Shown here one piece after another: positions 26,428 through 32,000 of a stretch of 32,000 bases of DNA (its first letter is position 1; each line of letters opens with the position of its first letter). Source of the stretch: Pirellula staleyi DSM 6068 (lineage in GTDB: Bacteria > Planctomycetota > Planctomycetia > Pirellulales > Pirellulaceae); NCBI GenBank assembly GCA_000025185.1, contig CP001848.1, positions 1,650,001 to 1,682,000 of the forward strand, in the 5' to 3' direction. The position numbers were made by a program, and so were the translations under genes. The notes below the pieces were generated by a model. It saw only the letters and a list, made by a program, of their open reading frames with translations. It had not been told where the DNA came from and made no database searches.

Positions 26428-27480
26428 GCTCATCTACTTCTCCTCGGCTACTGTGTTCTGATCGTTGCTGCCTCGATGATCGGCGGCTATCTCCCCACGC
26501 GCGTCCGTCTCACGCATCGCAGCATGCAGATGGTGATGAGCTTCGTCGGCGGCTTTATGCTCGGCGTCGCGCTGCTGCATCTCATTCCGCACAGCCTGGT
26601 GGAAGGTCTCGCGATCGACTCCGCGATGGCCTGGGCACTCGGCGGCCTTCTGTTCATGTTCCTGCTGATCCGCGTGTTTCACGTTCATCAGCATGCCGAT
26701 TTGGAAGGGGACCCCGGACATCATCATGGTCACTCGCACGGGCACAGCCATTCGCATAGCCACGCGCACGATCATGGTCACAGCCACGCGACTCCAGCAG
26801 CTGGCGAGATGGCACTACCGATGGCTGGCACGCCGCACGTGCATGGGCCCGACTGCGATCACACGCATGAGCCTGGTCATGTGACGGCAGCAGGGAGCTC
26901 GCTGAACTGGTTGGGACTCGCCATCGGCCTCAGCTTGCACACGATCATCGATGGTCTCGCGCTCGGCGCTGCAGTGGCTGCTGAAGCCCATGGTGGACAC
27001 GCCTTTGCATTATTCGGCCTTGGTACGTTTCTAGCCGTGCTGCTACACAAACCGCTCGACGCTTTGACGATCACGTCGCTGATGAAAGCGGGAGGCTGGA
27101 ACACCAAGAATGCCATGATTGCCAATGCTTGCTTCGCGGTGATGTGCCCGCTGGGAGCGATTGGCTTTGTGCTGGGAGTCGACAATTTTGTCGGCGAGCA
27201 GGCATTCGTGATTGGCTGTGCCCTCGCTTTTGCAGCGGGCGTTTTCCTCTGCATCTCGCTGGCCGACTTGCTCCCCGAAGTGACGTTTCACTCGCACGAT
27301 CGGGCCTCGCTCACCGCGCTGCTGTTGCTCGGTGTCGCGATTGCGTGGGGAATTGGGCTCGTCGAAGAGCCGCATACTCACGGGCATGGTGCTCACAGCC
27401 ACGCGGCCGATGATCACGGTCATAGTCACGACGACCACGATCACGACCATGCTCCGAAAGCCTCGCCGAAAAAGCCGTAG
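26422..27480 (+). CDS. ZIP-family divalent metal (zinc) transporter with His-rich loop and His-rich C-terminal tail
   Basis: 352-aa ORF with multiple TM segments. ZIP-like motifs LHTIIDGLALGAAV and LLHKPLDALTI. His tracts HHHGHSHGHSHSHSHAHDHGHSH (26719-26787) and HTHGHGAHSHAADDHGHSHDDHDHDH (27373-27450). Confidence 0.88.
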   Translation: MQAHLLLLGYCVLIVAASMIGGYLPTRVRLTHRSMQMVMSFVGGFMLGVALLHLIPHSLVEGLAIDSAMAWALGGLLFMFLLIRVFHVHQHADLEGDPGHHHGHSHGHSHSHSHAHDHGHSHATPAAGEMALPMAGTPHVHGPDCDHTHEPGHVTAAGSSLNWLGLAIGLSLHTIIDGLALGAAVAAEAHGGHAFALFGLGTFLAVLLHKPLDALTITSLMKAGGWNTKNAMIANACFAVMCPLGAIGFVLGVDNFVGEQAFVIGCALAFAAGVFLCISLADLLPEVTFHSHDRASLTALLLLGVAIAWGIGLVEEPHTHGHGAHSHAADDHGHSHDDHDHDHAPKASPKKP

Positions 27481-27516
27481 CCGCTTCTGACGGATCGGAG
27501 CGAGATGTGTGAGCTC

Positions 27517-30057
27517 TTACTTGCCGCTGCGCAAATGGCGCATCAATCCGTGCGTCGGAAACGCGCCGCCGATCCCATAGACGTGATGTACTTTGTGATC
27601 GGAGTAGAGCTTGTGATAGCCGGCGATCGAACGCTCGATTTCGCTACCGATCTGCACGAAAATGGGGCTCATCGTCGCATGGAGCAAATGAAAGCGGCGT
27701 GCTTTCGATGGCTCGCGTTTCAGCTGCTCAGCTTGCGGATAGGTGAGCTGAAATTGCTTCACGAGGGCCTGTGTCATGGTGTCCCCTCCCTTGCCGAAGC
27801 TGCGAAACCAAACCGAAGTCGCCGTGCTGATCACCACGTTGCTCGACTCGGTTCCTAGATCGACAATCGCAATCGCATCGCCACTTGCGGCCTGCTCGGC
27901 AGCTCCTTGGGCTTTGATTGCCTTCAGCTTCGGGTCAGTCTCGAGCGTATCGGGATAGAACTCCTGCACCATCGCATTGTGGATCGCGATGCACTCGCTT
28001 TGCACAATGTCGACGTTGATTCCGGCGGTCTTGAAGATCGCCAGCCGCTCTTGCACATGCACTTCGCGGGCGGCAACCACCATGATGCGGCGGGGGAACT
28101 CGTCGGCGGTCTTCGCATCGCGTTCGTCGAGTATGTAGTGGCTCCAGCATAGCTCCTCGAGGTTGATCGGAATCTGGTGCTTGGTTTCATACTGCACTGC
28201 GCCGGCCACTTTTTTGGCCGGGAGTGGCGGCAGTTCGAAAAAGCGTCCAAGCACTCGATGGCCGGGGACCGCAATCACCACCTTCGCCCCCTTGAGATCC
28301 GCGCGCGACAGGAAATCCTTCAGTGTCGCTTGCATCAGCTCGTTGCGATCAAGTTCCGCATCGGGGTGCGTGAGAGGGGAACTGTGCGGAATAAACTCGG
28401 CCTGTTCTAGTTTCACGATCTTCGTTTTGGGATCGCGCGTTAGCTTCACCGCTTTGAGGGCGTACTCGGAGAGATCGATTCCCCAGGCGATGTCGCTCGT
28501 CTTTGCGCCGAAGGAAAAACCGATCGCGCCGAGCATCGATTTTTTCTGACCGGGCATGAGATTCAGGTCGATGGCAGCGCGGCCAATGCCTTGCAGCGCG
28601 AGTCCTGCAGCGACAAAAAACTGCCCGGGCTGATCGGCCATCGCTTCGGCGACCGCTTCAGGAACATTCTCGAATTTTGTGAAGTGCCCGAGCCAGTCGA
28701 CTGGCAATCCCAGCATCGTCCGTTTGGGGATCGGTGCCCAGTTGGGGGCCGCGATGCGGGGGTCGGCATGTTTCCCTTTCACCTTCACGTCGAGTTTTTC
28801 TTTGAGCGTTTTGCCTTCGGGGTTCGAGGCAGCGATCTTCAGAAAACGATTCGCGAGCGCCACCAGCGGCGGGTCGGCTAGGGCTGCGAGTCGCAGGTTT
28901 AGCAGCAGCGCTTGAAGTTCGTTCGCGGTATCGAGCAGCGAATCGGCCTCTTCGGTTTTCGCAAACGATGGGATCTGCTCGAGGGACGCAATCGCTTCTT
29001 CATAGGCGTGCGTTTTGAGTTTGCTTTTGGCCTGTTTAACAAACTGATCGCGGAGCGAAAATGCCAGCTCTTGAGCCTTCGTATGATCGGGCTTGAGCAT
29101 CAGCAGACGCTCGATTTTGGGCAGGAGATCCCAGCTCCGTTTTTCTTCCACAGCCTGGCGAATTTCGCCACTTAGCTGCAGCAGCTCGGTGCGACAATCG
29201 CGCGATTTTTCGAGGAGCCGCTGATGCGCGTCGCTGCGGAGTGGCACAGGCACTTCGTCGATCACCGAGAGCGATTTGTCGTAGGCATGGCGCTCGAAGT
29301 ACTTGGTCGCCAAGACGAGCGCTTGCGCGGCCTTCTGTTTTTCTTCATCGCGGCGAGCTTCCACCCGCTTAATCTCGTCGAGCGCATCGATGGCGAACGA
29401 TTCGAAGCGTGGGTCGTCGATGGCTGCGATACCTCGCAGCGCCGAGATGGCCGCATCGTAGCGATGCGACTCGAGCAGCTCCATCGCCGCTTCTTTACGC
29501 TGCCGCAGTTGCTGCGTTTGCGCGTCGAGATTGCCATGCACATCGGTGCCGCAAATGCCGCAAAAACGCTCGTCAGCAGCACACTCGGCGTTGCATTTGG
29601 GGCACTTTTCCCAGAGCGGTTTGCCACAGCTGCCGCAAAACTTACGATTGGTCGGATTGGATTTCGTGCAGTGGCGGCAAACCACCGTTTGCCCTGCAGC
29701 GGCGAGGGGTCCTGCATTTCCGTTGCCCGAGGAGTCGGTGTTGTCGACTCGTGGACGGGGGCCCACACCGCGCCGCTTGAGCGCTGCGTCGAGCACCGCC
29801 TTACGTTCAGGGTCCGCCATTTCACGAATGGCCGCTTGCAACTCGTCCCACACTTGCTGCCACAGCTGCGGATCGGAGACGGTGGTGCGAATGGTTTCGA
29901 GTTGTTCTTGCTGACGCACCACCGCCGCTTGAATGCGGGCCAGGTTGCTTTCGAGCGGAGGCAAACCGAGAAGCTGGTAGGGATTCAGCGGGCGATCGTA
30001 GTCAGGTACACCGAGCCACACGCGATAAGGATCGAAATCGATGGCGGTTTCTGCCAT
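27517..30057 (-). CDS. Fusion protein: degenerate J-like domain, double zinc ribbon, long helical region, C-terminal PilM/FtsA-like actin-fold domain
   Basis: The track start (GTG 30066) is trimmed to the ATG at 30057; 846 aa. The J-like N-terminus FDPYRVWLGVPDYDRPLNPYQLLGL lacks HPD. Cys pairs CRHC..CGSC..CPKC..CGIC lie at about 29548-29679. The PilM-like region at about 27520-28494 reads WGIDLSEYALKAVKL, VVIAVPGHRVLGRFFELPPLPAKKVAGAVQYETKHQIPINLEEL, IMVVAAREV, AIAIVDLGTESSNVVIS, SFGKGGDTMTQAL, YGIGGAF. Confidence 0.85.
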   Translation of the reverse strand: MAETAIDFDPYRVWLGVPDYDRPLNPYQLLGLPPLESNLARIQAAVVRQQEQLETIRTTVSDPQLWQQVWDELQAAIREMADPERKAVLDAALKRRGVGPRPRVDNTDSSGNGNAGPLAAAGQTVVCRHCTKSNPTNRKFCGSCGKPLWEKCPKCNAECAADERFCGICGTDVHGNLDAQTQQLRQRKEAAMELLESHRYDAAISALRGIAAIDDPRFESFAIDALDEIKRVEARRDEEKQKAAQALVLATKYFERHAYDKSLSVIDEVPVPLRSDAHQRLLEKSRDCRTELLQLSGEIRQAVEEKRSWDLLPKIERLLMLKPDHTKAQELAFSLRDQFVKQAKSKLKTHAYEEAIASLEQIPSFAKTEEADSLLDTANELQALLLNLRLAALADPPLVALANRFLKIAASNPEGKTLKEKLDVKVKGKHADPRIAAPNWAPIPKRTMLGLPVDWLGHFTKFENVPEAVAEAMADQPGQFFVAAGLALQGIGRAAIDLNLMPGQKKSMLGAIGFSFGAKTSDIAWGIDLSEYALKAVKLTRDPKTKIVKLEQAEFIPHSSPLTHPDAELDRNELMQATLKDFLSRADLKGAKVVIAVPGHRVLGRFFELPPLPAKKVAGAVQYETKHQIPINLEELCWSHYILDERDAKTADEFPRRIMVVAAREVHVQERLAIFKTAGINVDIVQSECIAIHNAMVQEFYPDTLETDPKLKAIKAQGAAEQAASGDAIAIVDLGTESSNVVISTATSVWFRSFGKGGDTMTQALVKQFQLTYPQAEQLKREPSKARRFHLLHATMSPIFVQIGSEIERSIAGYHKLYSDHKVHHVYGIGGAFPTHGLMRHLRSGK

Positions 30058-30174
30058 GGTTCGCACTTGATTCTCTGAAGGAACAGGACGGGTGGTGGGC
30101 TAGGTGGGAGGTCGAGCAGCGGAGGATTCCGTCAATTGTTGACGCACGCGACACGTTTGCTCGTCCGTGATGAT

Positions 30175-31365
30175 TTACTCACTCACCACCATCAGCAGAT
30201 TCAGCGACACTTCTCCGATCCGGGGATGCCCAGTGGCAATGCGAATCGTTCCGTAGGGATTGCCAAGCATCTGACAGGCAGGGGCATCTTCGGGAATGGT
30301 GATGACAAGGTCATAGAGCCCAGCGACTTGATCGTCGGACTCGTGAGGCTTTAGTTCAGCCTGCAGGAAATCGGGGATCAGCGTGATTTTCGGCGCGGTG
30401 AGCGTCGGTTCATCGTCCCGAATCTTGACGAGCACCTTGGTGGCCTTGGCCTTCCCTTGCTTGGTCTTGCCGAGATCGATTTGACCTTCGCCGTCGAGCG
30501 AACTGACAGCCGCCCCGTACATGGTGAGCCGAAGTCCCACTTGGCCTTTGAGTTCCAGTTGAAAATCGATCGGCTGAGCACCCGGCGTTCCGGGCGAGAC
30601 TTGCATGTACAGCGTGTCGCTAAAGTTCCCTTGCGGCAGGTCGGGGGGGAGGGTGACGACGAGCTTCTGCACCATTTTGGCGTCGTAGTCCGGCAAATCG
30701 TCGATCGTCGCGGGCTCGATTTTCCACGCTAGGCCCGGCAAATTCGACTTCAGGTTGCTGAGCGTGAAGTTGTCATACAGCTGCGAGTAAAGAAGCACCG
30801 ACGCTGTGGTTTCCGTGCCGGGCTGCATCTTCGGGACGATGATCTCGGGCACGTTAGCGTTGAGTTCCTGCCGCACTTTTCCCTTCACGTTAAAGTCGAT
30901 CGACTTACGGAACGGGTCGTTGGTTTTGATTTCGGCATAGTGTGAGTAGAACAAGTTGTAGCGCCCGGTATTCCACTCGAGCTTCACTTTCCCTTCGCCA
31001 CCGGGGGGGATTTCGCGGTCGGAGAGTCCACCGACCGTGCACTTGCAGGTGGTGCTGCCGACATCGAGCTTCAGCGGCGCATCGCCGTCGTTGCGGATGA
31101 CAAACTCATGAAAGCCATCGGTCAGCGGGTCCATGACACCGAAGTCGTACTCTTTCGACGGCGCGATCGCTTCGGGCAATTTGGTTTTCTTGCGTCCCTC
31201 GACGGTGGCCGCCTCGACAATAGCGGCTCCATTCTCGCCAATGACCACGCGCAGTTCGGGTGAGTCGCGATGCTTATACAGAAAAGTGCTCTGCGACGAC
31301 GCATAGACAATCAGCGTGGCGAGGGCGAGCAGAATCGTGGCGACAATGGCAACGGTGCGATTCAT
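30175..31365 (-). CDS. Membrane-anchored DUF1573-type (Ig-like) multi-domain protein
   Basis: Track ORF trimmed to the ATG at 31365 (MNRTVAIVATILLALATLIVYASS is an N-terminal anchor); 396 aa. DUF1573 signature at about 30970-31152: YDFGVMDPLTDGFHEFVIRNDGDAPLKLDVGSTTCKCTVGGLSDREIPPGGEGKVKLEW. The remainder is beta-rich. Confidence 0.85.
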   Translation of the reverse strand: MNRTVAIVATILLALATLIVYASSQSTFLYKHRDSPELRVVIGENGAAIVEAATVEGRKKTKLPEAIAPSKEYDFGVMDPLTDGFHEFVIRNDGDAPLKLDVGSTTCKCTVGGLSDREIPPGGEGKVKLEWNTGRYNLFYSHYAEIKTNDPFRKSIDFNVKGKVRQELNANVPEIIVPKMQPGTETTASVLLYSQLYDNFTLSNLKSNLPGLAWKIEPATIDDLPDYDAKMVQKLVVTLPPDLPQGNFSDTLYMQVSPGTPGAQPIDFQLELKGQVGLRLTMYGAAVSSLDGEGQIDLGKTKQGKAKATKVLVKIRDDEPTLTAPKITLIPDFLQAELKPHESDDQVAGLYDLVITIPEDAPACQMLGNPYGTIRIATGHPRIGEVSLNLLMVVSE

Positions 31366-31604
31366 AAGAGCAAGAATCCGTCGGGACTGAGATAGCAAAC
31401 GACCTGTGGAGTGTTTGGCGGCGATGCCATCCTGGCGACGATTGGGAAATCGCGCCGCTGGGCCTTGCGGCGCGAGGTTTGTAGTCTGCCTCACCGCTGT
31501 GAAGATTGAGTGAAGTAATGATGAAGCGAGTTGCGGTTGAACTCGATATTCACACCTCTTCAGCCGCTTCCTTGCACCCGCAATCGGCTGCGGCAAAGCG
31601 CATG

Positions 31605-31642
31605 AAAAAGGACAGGCGAAGAGCATGGCCCTCCGCCTGTCC
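31605..31642 (-). terminator. Rho-independent terminator (minus strand) for the upstream partial gene
   Basis: Perfect 9-bp stem: ggacaggcg (31610-31618) pairs with cgcctgtcc (31634-31642) over a 15-nt loop. On the minus strand the hairpin is followed by TTTTT (complement of aaaaa at 31605-31609). Confidence 0.6.
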
Positions 31643-31772
31643 GGCATGTTGTCAATCGTTGTGGTAAGTCAAAGCGAGGGGGTACTTCGCGAAGCAGGGT
31701 TCACCGCCGACGAGTCGTGGTGAGTCCGTTGCTGGCGAGAAGCTTTATCGTTGAGGTTCGCTCGCGGAGGGA

Positions 31773-31803
31773 GATTCTGGCGTCGACCTGCGACACCAGA
31801 ATC
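31773..31803 (-). other. 13-bp (one mismatch) stem-loop 28 nt downstream of the partial gene stop codon
   Basis: gattctggcgtcg (31773-31785) and cgacaccagaatc (31791-31803) with loop acctg. No U tract on either strand. Confidence 0.35.
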
Positions 31804-31830
31804 TCGTGATCACGTGGAGCGAAGACACGA

Positions 31831-32000
31831 CTAGTCTTCCAGGGTGCCCTTGGTGAGCTTGAACAACCAGATACCGTTGAAGATTTCTCCAGGTGGGAGT
31901 TCGACAACGTTGTCGCTGTAACCGATCGCCGAGGTGTCGGCCAAACCTGGCGTCACTGGGAAGCCTGGGTTGAGGAAGCCGTCGCCGTTGCTATCGGTGA
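31831..32000 (-). CDS. 3' end of an unidentified protein-coding gene that continues beyond the window
   Basis: Not in the ORF track because it has no start in the window. The minus-strand frame is open from 32000 to the TAG (31831-31833) and shows the typical G/C-ending codon bias. It translates to ...TDSNGDGFLNPGFPVTPGLADTSAIGYSDNVVELPPGEIFNGIWLFKLTKGTLED*. Confidence 0.45.
   Translation of the reverse strand, partial: TDSNGDGFLNPGFPVTPGLADTSAIGYSDNVVELPPGEIFNGIWLFKLTKGTLED

Noticed and set aside
27517-31365. Type IV pilus assembly operon (pilMNOPQ)
   Set aside because: Only a PilM-like domain is present, and it is fused to unrelated domains. No pilN, pilO, pilP, secretin, ATPase or pilin genes flank it.
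1-32000. Mobile elements, prophage, integrons or defence islands
   Set aside because: I saw no transposase, integrase, recombinase, restriction-modification, toxin-antitoxin or phage-like ORFs. I saw no terminal inverted repeats or tRNA-adjacent junctions. Composition appears uniform apart from short AT-rich promoter-like patches.

Overview
GC-rich bacterial chromosomal segment, called by eye with no database searches. The gene content suggests Planctomycetota (Pirellulales-like): tandem Cys-type sulfatases, a DUF1573 protein, and a giant surface protein whose N-terminus reads RRLLLESLEQRLAL. This taxonomic call is an inference. I support 15 coding regions. They are two secreted sulfatases, a weak small ORF, a YugP-like Zn-peptidase, a secreted HEAT/LRR/PDZ protein, CysI-type sulfite reductase and a small membrane-anchored protein. 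The rest are one 12.8-kb ORF (4,264 aa), a clan GH-A-like hydrolase, MetK (GTG start), a 2-TM acidic protein, a His-rich ZIP metal transporter, a J-like/zinc-ribbon/PilM-like fusion protein, a DUF1573 protein and a partial 3' gene end. I found no rRNA, tRNA, CRISPR array, transposase or integrase. The points most worth follow-up are these. (1) The giant mosaic exoprotein contains an unassigned ~100-aa domain present six times as a duplicated a-b-c triplet. It carries N- and C-terminal export hallmarks, but no transporter gene lies in the window. (2) A two-gene minus-strand module pairs a membrane-anchored DUF1573 protein with an orphan PilM/FtsA-like actin-fold protein fused to a degenerate J-domain and a double zinc ribbon. 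(3) A degenerate heptanucleotide array with clustered CTAG sits directly after the giant gene. (4) A 7-bp inverted repeat with a Fur/Zur-like half box overlaps the ZIP start codon. (5) An orphan plus-strand intrinsic terminator lies between two minus-strand genes and may mark a small RNA. The many long antisense ORFs are treated as composition artefacts.
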